Shown: positions 36,013 through 47,043, counted from the stretch's first letter. The stretch: DNA of 53,158 bases from an uncultured Candidatus Saccharibacteria bacterium (GCA_964390615.1 CAYMIC010000001.1:1-53158), one strand, 5' to 3'. Notes: generated by a model not told the origin, from the letters alone. Numbers and translations: made by a program.

Positions 36013-38247
36013 CTATTTTGCAATCTGCACTGCTTCGTCGAAGCGAACAGAGAGGAGTTTGGATGCACCGTCTGCGCCCACAGTAACTCCGTAGAGGATA
36101 CCAGCACGAGACATGGTCTCACGATTGTGAGTGACTACGATCAATTGTGAATGCTTGGATAGTCGCTCGAGCATGTCACCATACTTTCGGGAGTTCGCTT
36201 CGTCTAGCGCGGCATCTGTCTCGTCTAGAATCAAAAATGGTGGCGGGTTGACTTGAGACATCGCAAAAAGAAGTGCGATAGATGTCAGCGATCGCTCACC
36301 ACCTGAGAGTGAATGAAGTTCTTTTACTTTTTTGTGTGGCAGAGAAACATTGATCTCGATACCTTTTTCGAGTTCTATCGGCGAATCATCCAAAGAAGTT
36401 CCCTCTTCGTCATCTTCGTTTACTTGTTTTCTTTTCTTATTTTCAACGACGACTGAAAGGTTAGCATTACCACCGCCAAACATCAGTGCAAAGAATTGTT
36501 GAAATTCTACATTTATTTTTTTAATACCTTCTTTAAATTCCTCGTCTATTTTTTGACGAAGGTCTACCATCAAAGCATTCAAAGATTCTATGCTCTTAGA
36601 CAAATCTTCTATCTCCTTAGCTAAAAATTGATCCCGCTGCATCATATCCTCGTACTCTTTTTCAACTTCTGCACTGGAAGCAAGCCCAGAGTCTTCAAGT
36701 TTGATTTTAATTCGTTCGATTTTTTTCTTGAGTTCATCTTGAAGCACTTCATCTATTTGTCCTTCAAATTCAAATTCTTTAAATAAAAGTATGTCTGCAC
36801 CGACAAGCACCGAACCCTCTTTGAGTTCAAACTCAAAAGCTTCTACTCGCTTCGCCAGATTCTCGCCTTTGATATTTATAAGTTCGAGCGCTGAGACGAG
36901 CTCTTGGTGTTTGACTCTCTGTGTAAATCTTTCTCGCTCGAGCTCACGCCCTTTTTGGATTTCTTCTTGTATAGCTTGTTTAATTTCTAAAATCTCACGA
37001 TTGAATACCTCTTCTTCTTTTTTAAGATTTTCTAATTCTGCTAAAACCTCAGTGTGAGTTTTTTCTAAATATTCAACTTCATGGACAGAACCAGCATTTG
37101 TATTTTTCCCTTCTGACTGAAATTTTCTAAGACTTGTCTTGATACGAGACAAAACTTCCCGAACCTCAGACAAGCTCTCTTTTGTAAATGCATCTTCAAG
37201 CAATGTCTCAAGTTCACTGACTATCGCTTTCATCTCACTCTCAGATATAGCTACCCTCTCCGGAGTACGATCACGCCTGATCTTTTCCGCCTCGATCATA
37301 CCCTCGATGCGCCCGAGTTTTCGTTCGATTTCCCCGCGAGTGCGACGCAAATTCGCCAGGCTAGTTTCTTTGGTTCTTAGTTCGCCTAGCTTTGCACTCT
37401 CCACATCTTGCGCGCGTTCACTACCATCTCCCAAAACTTCATTTACATTTTTTAATTCTCTCTCTAAATTTTGTTTTTCAAATTTTTGAGTAGATTTTTC
37501 TTGCTCTAAGTAAATACTTTCTTTCTTTAAATATTCTCGGTACAAGTTTGAAAGTTCCGCTCGAAGTTCTTTCATCTTCTCAAACTTTTCCATCTGGCGT
37601 TTCAAATAGCTTAAATGTGGCGCATTTTCTCTACGAAGTATGGAAACTTCTTTCATATTGGCTTCTGCCCTCTCCAATTTCCTATCCGCGTCTTTAATCT
37701 TGTATTGATAGATTTTTAACCCTAAAGCATCTTCTACCATTTCTCTCCTATCTTTGGGTGAAGCATTTAACACTCGATCAGCTTCACCCTGCGAGATGAT
37801 GTGGTGACCAGAAGAACCAATATTCACAGAAGAAAGTAATTGATTTATATCTTTCAATCTAACTTCGCTTCCATTTAAAATATATTTATTTAAACCATCA
37901 GCAAAAACTTCACGAGAAATTGAGACGGTGTCAAAATTTAAATCCACGCTTTGACCATCGCCATTGTCGAGTTTAAAAATTTTATCTTGGTTATTAAAAT
38001 AAATAGTAGCACTAGCTTTTGTTCCCTTGGCTAGTGTTTTAGAACCTTTAAAGATCAGATCCGCTCCAGCCCGTCCGCGCATACTCTTCATAGACTGCTC
38101 ACCTAGAACAAACCGAAAAGCTTCAACGACATTACTTTTTCCAGAACCATTTGGTCCTACGATAGAAGTAACTGGCGTATTAAACTCTAGAGTAGTTTTC
38201 TTTGCAAAAGATTTGAAGCCGTTTAATTCTAGGTGTGATAGACGCAT
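36013..38247 (-). CDS. smc: SMC-family chromosome-segregation ATPase, short form with no recognisable hinge
   Basis: 744 aa from the ATG at 38247 (the track start at 38262 is TTG). Walker A GPNGSGKSN, signature LSGGERSLTSIALLFA, Walker B FLILDETDAALD. The roughly 430 aa between the head halves are heptad-rich coiled coil. Conserved rnc-smc synteny. Confidence 0.8.
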   Translation of the reverse strand: MRLSHLELNGFKSFAKKTTLEFNTPVTSIVGPNGSGKSNVVEAFRFVLGEQSMKSMRGRAGADLIFKGSKTLAKGTKASATIYFNNQDKIFKLDNGDGQSVDLNFDTVSISREVFADGLNKYILNGSEVRLKDINQLLSSVNIGSSGHHIISQGEADRVLNASPKDRREMVEDALGLKIYQYKIKDADRKLERAEANMKEVSILRRENAPHLSYLKRQMEKFEKMKELRAELSNLYREYLKKESIYLEQEKSTQKFEKQNLERELKNVNEVLGDGSERAQDVESAKLGELRTKETSLANLRRTRGEIERKLGRIEGMIEAEKIRRDRTPERVAISESEMKAIVSELETLLEDAFTKESLSEVREVLSRIKTSLRKFQSEGKNTNAGSVHEVEYLEKTHTEVLAELENLKKEEEVFNREILEIKQAIQEEIQKGRELERERFTQRVKHQELVSALELINIKGENLAKRVEAFEFELKEGSVLVGADILLFKEFEFEGQIDEVLQDELKKKIERIKIKLEDSGLASSAEVEKEYEDMMQRDQFLAKEIEDLSKSIESLNALMVDLRQKIDEEFKEGIKKINVEFQQFFALMFGGGNANLSVVVENKKRKQVNEDDEEGTSLDDSPIELEKGIEINVSLPHKKVKELHSLSGGERSLTSIALLFAMSQVNPPPFLILDETDAALDEANSRKYGDMLERLSKHSQLIVVTHNRETMSRAGILYGVTVGADGASKLLSVRFDEAVQIAK

Positions 38248-38249
38248 GA

Positions 38250-38945
38250 CTAGTCGATCCAATTTTTGGCTTTTAATGCGTTATTAGCAGCCTGTTGCTC
38301 AGCTTCTTGTTTACTCTTGCCCTTTCCTTCAGCGATGAGAGTAGACCCAAACATGATCCCCACGGTAAAGTGTTTGTCATGGTCTGGTCCAGCTTCGCTT
38401 AATACTTTGTAAGACGGTGTAACTTCTTCAAATTCCTGAGCCTTTTCTTGCACTAAAGATTTAGCATCACGCCAAAGTTTCTTAGCTACGATTTCATCGG
38501 TGTGAATGAGAAGTGTATCAGCTACAAAGCGCTCTACTGGCGCATAACCCTGATCCATAAATATCGCTCCGACATAGGCTTCGTAAGTATTTGCCAAGAT
38601 ATACTGTCTCGCTTTACCATTGTCCTTGGATTCACCCTTAGAGAGCAACAAATAATCATTCATACCAGCGCGCTGCGCAACATCGGAAATAGTAATAGCA
38701 TTTACCAGCGCCGAACGCAGAGCAGTCAGCTCACCTTCGGTGTAAGTTGGATATTTTTTATATAAATAGTCAGTAACGATGAGTTCCAAGACCGCATCAC
38801 CTAAAAACTCCAGACGTTCGTTGTGGTGCATTCCAGTACTTGGATTTTCATTGATATAAGAACGATGAATGAATGCTTGTTTCAAAAGATTCTTATCCTT
38901 AAAAGTTATTTTTGTTTTTTTCTCAAAATCTGTAAAGTCTATCAT
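38250..38945 (-). CDS. rnc: Ribonuclease III
   Basis: 231 aa with signature ERLEFLGDAVLE and a C-terminal dsRBD (GPDHDKHFTV...GKSKQEAEQQAA). Confidence 0.93.
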   Translation of the reverse strand: MIDFTDFEKKTKITFKDKNLLKQAFIHRSYINENPSTGMHHNERLEFLGDAVLELIVTDYLYKKYPTYTEGELTALRSALVNAITISDVAQRAGMNDYLLLSKGESKDNGKARQYILANTYEAYVGAIFMDQGYAPVERFVADTLLIHTDEIVAKKLWRDAKSLVQEKAQEFEEVTPSYKVLSEAGPDHDKHFTVGIMFGSTLIAEGKGKSKQEAEQQAANNALKAKNWID

Positions 38946-38975
38946 TGCTGTTTGTATATTTAATTTCGTAATAAA

Positions 38976-39929
38976 TTATTTATTCTCTTTGGAAAGTAGT
39001 TCCACCGCTTTGGCAATCAACGGGATGATGTCATTGTAAATCCGAAGCTCCGGAATCTCAGACAACTGAAACCATTTCGCACCATCGAGACCTCCAGAGG
39101 ACTCCAACATTAATTCATGGTATTCACTCTCGGCCAAAAAGTACGAAACATGTTTCAAAGTCTTTCCTTTCTCTGGATGTGTCGCCACATATTCGTTTTC
39201 GCCCAACTTGGTAATTATTTTTATATCTAGCCCTATTTCATCTTTGATTTCTCCGACTGTACCATCCTCTTCACTCTCGCCTTCTTCAATATGACCTTTA
39301 GAAAGTGTCCAGTAGCCAAAAACATCGTGAACTAATGCGAAATATAAAACTCCATCTTTGCGAGCGTAAACCAAAGCACCACCTAAAGATTCTTTGGGAA
39401 GTTTAGTAATGTCTACTGGTTCTTGTTCTTTTTTCTTTTTACTTGTCTCCTCCTTGCCTGGTTCACCTATTTCCTTATACACCGCACCAAGAACTCCATT
39501 GACAAATTTACCAGAATTTTCACCACCGAAAGTTTTTGCAAGTTCGATAGCTTCATTGATAGCAACCTTGGGAGGAACTTGAGTGCGGTCGCCGAACAAG
39601 AGTTCGGTGAGTCCAATACGCAAAATATTTCTATCGACAACTGAGATCTTTTCAATCGGCCAATCTGGTGCAGCTTTTTCTATGATCTCATCGATTACTT
39701 TTTGTTTTTTCAAAATCTCCTGAAGAAGCGAGAAGACAAAAACATCGTCTTCAAGTCCAGGAGCAAATTCTTTTAAATTTCGAGTGACTACTTTCTTGAT
39801 TTCATCATCAGTCCAGCCAGTTTTATCTTCCAATCCTTTCGGACCCTGATCTAGAGGACCAGTCGGCAAGAAATCCCACTCAAAGAGGGTCTGAAGAACT
39901 ATTGATCTTGAAAGGTGCCTGTTTGCCAT
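38976..39929 (-). CDS. nusB: NusB antitermination factor fused to a C-terminal Nudix hydrolase domain
   Basis: 317 aa. The NusB part is RSIVLQTLFEWDF...DRNILRIGLTELLF...AINEAIELAKTFGGENSGKFVNGVLG. A Lys/Glu linker follows. The Nudix box is GHIEEGESEEDGTVGEIKDEIGL, which fits GX5EX7REUXEEXGU with R to G and E to D. Confidence 0.8.
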   Translation of the reverse strand: MANRHLSRSIVLQTLFEWDFLPTGPLDQGPKGLEDKTGWTDDEIKKVVTRNLKEFAPGLEDDVFVFSLLQEILKKQKVIDEIIEKAAPDWPIEKISVVDRNILRIGLTELLFGDRTQVPPKVAINEAIELAKTFGGENSGKFVNGVLGAVYKEIGEPGKEETSKKKKEQEPVDITKLPKESLGGALVYARKDGVLYFALVHDVFGYWTLSKGHIEEGESEEDGTVGEIKDEIGLDIKIITKLGENEYVATHPEKGKTLKHVSYFLAESEYHELMLESSGGLDGAKWFQLSEIPELRIYNDIIPLIAKAVELLSKENK

Positions 39930-39968
39930 AAATTAATAAAACAAAAAAGCAAAATGAAAGCTGTGTAC

Positions 39969-40190
39969 TTACTCTGCCTTCTTTGCCTTAGCTTTTGCCT
40001 GTTTCTTTTCTGTCTTCTTTACCAAATCCACAGCCTTTTTACTGCGATAAAATCCACATTCTTTACAAACGGTGTGTCGTCGCTTTAGGGCGCCACAATT
40101 TGTACACTTCGCAAAGTTAGTGTTTTTGAGAGCGTGGTGAGAACGCCTGTTTGCTGTATGCGATTTTGTATGTCTCATTCGTATAACCAT
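39969..40190 (-). CDS. rpmF: 50S ribosomal protein L32 (zinc-ribbon form)
   Basis: 73 aa. MRHTKSHTANRRSHHAL, zinc ribbon CTNCG...CKECG, and a Lys-rich tail. Confidence 0.85.
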   Translation of the reverse strand: MVIRMRHTKSHTANRRSHHALKNTNFAKCTNCGALKRRHTVCKECGFYRSKKAVDLVKKTEKKQAKAKAKKAE

Positions 40191-40234
40191 AATGTGCTTA
40201 TATTATCACATAAATTTTGAAAAGCAAATAAATA

Positions 40235-40243
40235 TGATAATAT
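40235..40243 (+). promoter_or_regulatory. Extended -10 promoter of thrS (leaderless geometry)
   Basis: TGa-TAATAT (40235-40243), then 7 nt to the ATG at 40251. Confidence 0.4.
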
Positions 40244-40250
40244 AGAGCTT

Positions 40251-42008
40251 ATGAACAAGACAGAAGACCAGACTGAAAAATTGGGCAATATGCGACATAC
40301 CCTGGCGCACTTACTAGCCTCTGCTATTTTAGAGCTTTATCCAGATACCAAGAATACTATTGGTCCAGCCATAGATGATGGCTTTTATTACGATTTTGAG
40401 TTCTCTTCCCCTATCTCTGACAAGGATTTACCAAAGATAGAAAAGAAGATGCGAGAAAATCTAAAGAGCTGGAAGGAATTTACCCATGAAGAAAAGACAG
40501 TGGATGAAGCCAAGGAGTATTTTGCAAACAATCCATACAAACTAGAGCTCATAAATGAAATAGTTGAGAAGGGTGAAAAAATAACTTTTTATACTTGCGG
40601 ACAATTCACCGACCTTTGTCGAGGTGGACACTCTGAAAACCCTAAAGAAGAAATATCTCCTGACTCTTTCAAACTCGACCGAGTCGCTGGTGCTTACTGG
40701 CGTGGAGATGAAAAAAATAAAATGCTGACTCGAGTTTATGGCTTAGCATTTGCAACCAAAGAAGAACTAGAAAAATATATCTGGCAGCAAGAAGAAGCTA
40801 GAAAAAGAGATCACCGTATTTTAGGTAAACAACTTAAAATATACACCATATCTGATCTTGTTGGTTCAGGTCTTCCCCTTTTTCACAAAAACGGACAAAC
40901 AATTCGCCGAGAACTGACAGAATACTTATGGAATCTGCATAAAAATCGAGGTTACGACTGGGTCTTTACTCCACATATTGCAAAAGAAGTTCTATACGAA
41001 ACTTCCGGACACGCAGGGCAATACATGGAAGACATGTTTTCTGTTTGGGGTGGAACTTCAAAAGAGAAGTTTTACTTGAAACCTATGAACTGTCCACATC
41101 ATATGCAACTCTTTGCAGATAATCAGTTTTCATATAAACAAATGCCGGTAAGATACTTTGAACCTGCAACGGTTTATCGAGATGAGAAAACTGGACAGCT
41201 TTCTGGACTCACTCGTGTACGAAGTATTACTCAAGATGATGGGCATATATTTTGCCGAACTAGCCAAATCGAAGAAGAAGTTGGAACTATGGTAGATATC
41301 GTCAAAGAATTTTACTCTACCATGGGTATGATAAAAGATTATAAAGTACGTTTATCTCTTCGTGACAATGTAGCCGAAAAGTGGCTCGGCACAGATGAAG
41401 TCTGGAACAAGGCTCAAACTGCACTGACCAATGTTTGCAAAGATAAAGAACTTCCATATTTCGAAGGACCAGGTGAAGCTGCATTTTACGGACCAAAGTT
41501 AGATTTTATTTTTCATGACGCCATAGGACGAGAACAACAGCTAGCTACAATCCAATGTGATTTCAATCAACCTAATCGCTTTGGACTTTCTTTTGTAAAC
41601 GAAGAAGGCAAGCAAGAACAACCTGTGGTAATCCACCGAGCTATATCTGGGTCACTGGAAAGATTTATTGGGGTTGCTATCGAGCACTTTGCCGGTGCAT
41701 TCCCTACTTGGCTCTCACCTCTTCAAGTTGTGATAGTCCCTGTGCGTGAGAATCACAATAAAGAAGCCAAGAAAATTTATGAAATGCTCCGAGAAAACAA
41801 TATTCGCATAGAACTTGCGGATAGTGATGAATCTTTAGGTAAAAGAATCAATCATGCTAAATCTCAAAAAGTTCCATATGTCATCGTGCTCGGCGACAAA
41901 GAAGTTGAGTCCGGTATGCTCACCATCGAAGGCCGAGAGTCTAAAGCTGAAATGACAGCAGAAGATTTTCTAAACAAACTCAAAGAAGAAATACAGACTA
42001 GGAAGTAA
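40251..42008 (+). CDS. thrS: Threonyl-tRNA synthetase lacking the N-terminal TGS domain
   Basis: 585 aa. It starts in the editing (SAD) domain at HTLAHLLA with DLCRGGH. Class II core has NCPHHMQLF, GLTRVRSITQDDGHIF and HRAISGSLERFIG, followed by an anticodon-binding C-terminus. Confidence 0.92.
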   Translation: MNKTEDQTEKLGNMRHTLAHLLASAILELYPDTKNTIGPAIDDGFYYDFEFSSPISDKDLPKIEKKMRENLKSWKEFTHEEKTVDEAKEYFANNPYKLELINEIVEKGEKITFYTCGQFTDLCRGGHSENPKEEISPDSFKLDRVAGAYWRGDEKNKMLTRVYGLAFATKEELEKYIWQQEEARKRDHRILGKQLKIYTISDLVGSGLPLFHKNGQTIRRELTEYLWNLHKNRGYDWVFTPHIAKEVLYETSGHAGQYMEDMFSVWGGTSKEKFYLKPMNCPHHMQLFADNQFSYKQMPVRYFEPATVYRDEKTGQLSGLTRVRSITQDDGHIFCRTSQIEEEVGTMVDIVKEFYSTMGMIKDYKVRLSLRDNVAEKWLGTDEVWNKAQTALTNVCKDKELPYFEGPGEAAFYGPKLDFIFHDAIGREQQLATIQCDFNQPNRFGLSFVNEEGKQEQPVVIHRAISGSLERFIGVAIEHFAGAFPTWLSPLQVVIVPVRENHNKEAKKIYEMLRENNIRIELADSDESLGKRINHAKSQKVPYVIVLGDKEVESGMLTIEGRESKAEMTAEDFLNKLKEEIQTRK

Positions 42009-42084
42009 TACTTTACAAAACCATTGAAAAACTGTATGGTTTAGGTGAAAAACATACATTTCATCACAATAAAAAATATACCAT

Positions 42085-42873
42085 ATGAATCCTACTACAC
42101 TTCCTGGGGACTTTTTGAAATACGAAGAGTCTCTCCGTGAAAACTACAAACTTGGAAGAAGAAGCTGTCCGGAAGACGTATTTGGCAACTTGCCCAACGA
42201 AAAAGAATCGGGGTTGAAAGCATTGGAGGAGTTAACTAAAGCAATGTTATCAACAACAGATTTCGCAACCAATGATGAGCATCCAGATTACCGAATTACA
42301 TCTTTTAAAAATCGCCTTTCATTTTTCGCCAGATGGGCTGCAGAAAAAATATTCAACGGAACTTATGGCGATAAGGTAAACTACAGAATAAAATTGAAAA
42401 TTGTTCTGTCAGATATTGAAGGTGAAAAATTCTTTTATCTCAGTGGTTCGAAGAAAAACATTTACTTCAAACACATCTCTTCCGTTAACTTTAACGATGA
42501 CGGTATTTACTGTGACACTCTCGAAATAAAAAGAAATGGAGTGATTCTAAAAACTGGAACTGTGAGGTACTTGGGCACCCACGCAGCACAAGAATTTTTC
42601 ATTCTCTCAGATAGTCAAGACCGGAGAAGTCACTTGTCTTGTGAAGAGTTTCAAGTTGGGGATGTTATTGAAATCGAAACCTGGAATTATGAGACAGTGG
42701 ATGATTTTGCTGGAAAAGTTCTAATAATGAACAAGATGGAAGACGCATTCCTGAAAGTATTTCAAAAACCTGGAGACAGTATCACCGGCGAAGAAGCTTC
42801 AAAAATCGGAAAAGAAGCCGCTGAATCTAGTAGTGAATTCTGGAAACAGAATGAAACTATAATTTTGAGGTAG
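42085..42873 (+). CDS. Hypothetical protein
   Basis: 262-aa ORF with an ATG start, followed by a strong terminator. No family recognised. Confidence 0.6.
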   Translation: MNPTTLPGDFLKYEESLRENYKLGRRSCPEDVFGNLPNEKESGLKALEELTKAMLSTTDFATNDEHPDYRITSFKNRLSFFARWAAEKIFNGTYGDKVNYRIKLKIVLSDIEGEKFFYLSGSKKNIYFKHISSVNFNDDGIYCDTLEIKRNGVILKTGTVRYLGTHAAQEFFILSDSQDRRSHLSCEEFQVGDVIEIETWNYETVDDFAGKVLIMNKMEDAFLKVFQKPGDSITGEEASKIGKEAAESSSEFWKQNETIILR

Positions 42874-42878
42874 AAATT

Positions 42879-42909
42879 AAAAAGTCAGCTAATTGAGCTG
42901 ACTTTTTTT
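42879..42909. terminator. Bidirectional terminator between convergent hypothetical genes
   Basis: aaaaagtcagc-taattga-gctgacttttttt. Confidence 0.65.
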
Positions 42910-42932
42910 ATTTATATGTCAATCTCGGCTAA

Positions 42933-43484
42933 TTATTTTATTAATTCAATAAGCCAAATTATTTGTAAAATAGTTGGAATAAGCAATATACAGCCAATAA
43001 AATATGTAGCAATCACTTTGTTTTTTAATTTTATTAAACCAAAAAAAGTATATTGTACTCGATTAGGCGCAACCAAAGTCATGGCAATTGCCAAAAGAGA
43101 AAGAAACATCATAAATCCGTGAAATGTAATAATTAACTCTCTTTCTGTACCTTGCTCAGATAAAATCGTAATTAATAATAAAGGAATATTTAATAAAAAT
43201 AAAATAAGAGGAAACCAGTAAAAGAATCCCTTGCTTTTATCTACGTCACTATTTACGACTCTCTCTTGATAATCAGGTACTCCTCCTATGGATTTTTGTT
43301 TTAACCTATAAAAAGTAATACCAATAAAATATACAGCTATAGGTAAAAATACATACTGTTCATCAAAACTTTCATGTAATACAAAAGAAAGTATAAAAAG
43401 TAAAAGTGATACTACTCCAATAAAAATATAAAAATAGTTCCAAAAATTTCCGTACTGTTTTAATAATTGAAGATATTTAAACAT
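42933..43484 (-). CDS. Hypothetical polytopic membrane protein
   Basis: 183 aa with about five hydrophobic helices. The ATG is 3 nt after the gyrB stop. Confidence 0.6.
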   Translation of the reverse strand: MFKYLQLLKQYGNFWNYFYIFIGVVSLLLFILSFVLHESFDEQYVFLPIAVYFIGITFYRLKQKSIGGVPDYQERVVNSDVDKSKGFFYWFPLILFLLNIPLLLITILSEQGTERELIITFHGFMMFLSLLAIAMTLVAPNRVQYTFFGLIKLKNKVIATYFIGCILLIPTILQIIWLIELIK

Positions 43485-43487
43485 TTT

Positions 43488-45602
<2,115 letters not shown>

Positions 45603-45647
45603 CTAAAAACCTTTGACTTATAATGCTTTTTTAACTAAACTAAAAGA

Positions 45648-46784
45648 ATGCAATACGAAGTAAAAACTGAAGTAGAAAAAGACCTCTTGGCTAAACTCGA
45701 ACCCAAGACAGACGTGCAATCTATGCGCATGAAGAAATATTTGAGTATGCCTGACCTATCTCGCACCCTCGGCAGCCCTATCCACGAGATAGTAGAAAGA
45801 ATACTCACTCAAGAAGATTTTAAAAATTTTGACATCATTAAAGTACCCGAAGTAGTACCGGTGGATGTTAGCTTCGATATTTATGGTTTTGCACCTGATC
45901 ACCCTGCTCGCTCTCCTTCAGACACTTACTTTTTAGATGAAAAAAATATTCTCCGTCCTCATACTACCGTGATGTGGTACTACTACTTGAATCAACCAGA
46001 AGTAAAAGAGCGTATGGCCCGTGGAGAAGCTGTAGGATTTTTCTCTTTTGGGAAAGTTTACCGCAAGGACGAGATAGATCGAAACCATATGAACATCTTT
46101 CACCAAATGGATGGAGGATTCTTAATTCCAAAAAGTAAAAAAGTGATTAGTGTGGAAGATTTACAAAAAGTTCTATCAGATATCGCCAAAGCTGTTTTCG
46201 GTGGAGATATAAAGTATCGTTTCAACCCAGACACCTTCCCTTACACCGACCCATCCCTAGAAATGGAAATAGAAGTCGGCGGCCGTTGGATTGAAGTTCT
46301 CGGTTGTGGCATCATGACTGATAATCTGATTCGAAATCTTGGTCTAAACCCAGAAGAATGGAGTAATTGGGCCTTTGGCTTTGGACTCGAGCGATTAGCT
46401 ATAATCAGCATGGATCTACCAGACATCCGTCTATTTTGGAGCGATGATGAGCGAGTAAAGAAACAGCTCGTACTGGGACAAAAATATCATGAAGTCAGTA
46501 AATTCCCACCAGCAGTACGAGATATTTCTTTTATCGTACCAAAAACTTTTGTGCCAAATGATTATTTCGACTTCGTCCGAGAAACAATCCCAGAAATAGT
46601 CGAACAAGTAGAACTACTAGACAAATATGAAAACGACCAAAAATTTGGTGCCGATAAATTGAGCTACGCCTACCGTATCACCTACCGATCACTCGACAGG
46701 ACACTCACCAGTGAGGAAGTAGAAAAAATCCACAAAAATCTAGAAGCGGAAACAGCAAAAAACTTCGAAGCAACTATTCGTTAG
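45648..46784 (+). CDS. pheS: Phenylalanyl-tRNA synthetase, PheS-type catalytic core fused to a C-terminal FDX-ACB domain (monomeric, mitochondrial-like architecture)
   Basis: 378 aa. Class II motifs ILRPHTT, FSFGKVYRKDEIDRNHMNIFHQMDG and GFGLERLAI. The C-terminal 104 aa, YHEVSKFPPAVRDISFIVP...LLDKYENDQKFGADKLSYAYRITYRSLDRTLTSEEV, match the FDX-ACB pattern at the C-terminus of PheT. There is no N-terminal coiled coil and no adjacent pheT. Confidence 0.8.
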   Translation: MQYEVKTEVEKDLLAKLEPKTDVQSMRMKKYLSMPDLSRTLGSPIHEIVERILTQEDFKNFDIIKVPEVVPVDVSFDIYGFAPDHPARSPSDTYFLDEKNILRPHTTVMWYYYLNQPEVKERMARGEAVGFFSFGKVYRKDEIDRNHMNIFHQMDGGFLIPKSKKVISVEDLQKVLSDIAKAVFGGDIKYRFNPDTFPYTDPSLEMEIEVGGRWIEVLGCGIMTDNLIRNLGLNPEEWSNWAFGFGLERLAIISMDLPDIRLFWSDDERVKKQLVLGQKYHEVSKFPPAVRDISFIVPKTFVPNDYFDFVRETIPEIVEQVELLDKYENDQKFGADKLSYAYRITYRSLDRTLTSEEVEKIHKNLEAETAKNFEATIR

Positions 46785-46797
46785 AAAAGTATTAGTT

Positions 46798-47031
46798 TTA
46801 ACGCGCTAGTTCGTATTCGTTTTCTCCACGACGAATAATTACATATTCGTATGCTCTACCATCAAACATTGCAGTAAAATGAAAATCCCGATCTGGTGCC
46901 CGGTCCGCTGCACTTAGGAGCTCATCTAAGCGGTCGTTGCTTAGGTCCTCTAAATATCGCATACCATCGGGATAGCGATCGTTATCATAAATTTGCACGT
47001 TCTTGTTATAACCCACCATTATTGTAGTCAT
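46798..47031 (-). CDS. Small hypothetical protein
   Basis: 77 aa with an ATG start. It fits the 12-13 nt gaps to both neighbours. No family recognised. Confidence 0.45.
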   Translation of the reverse strand: MTTIMVGYNKNVQIYDNDRYPDGMRYLEDLSNDRLDELLSAADRAPDRDFHFTAMFDGRAYEYVIIRRGENEYELAR

Positions 47032-47043
47032 AAATAAATTATA

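Noticed and set aside
40191-40250. T-box or other riboswitch leaders upstream of thrS, proS and pheS, and a Mn riboswitch upstream of the TerC-like gene
   Set aside because: The spacers are too short (60, about 110 shared divergent, 99 and 9 nt) to hold such elements, and the promoters are placed for leaderless or very short leaders.
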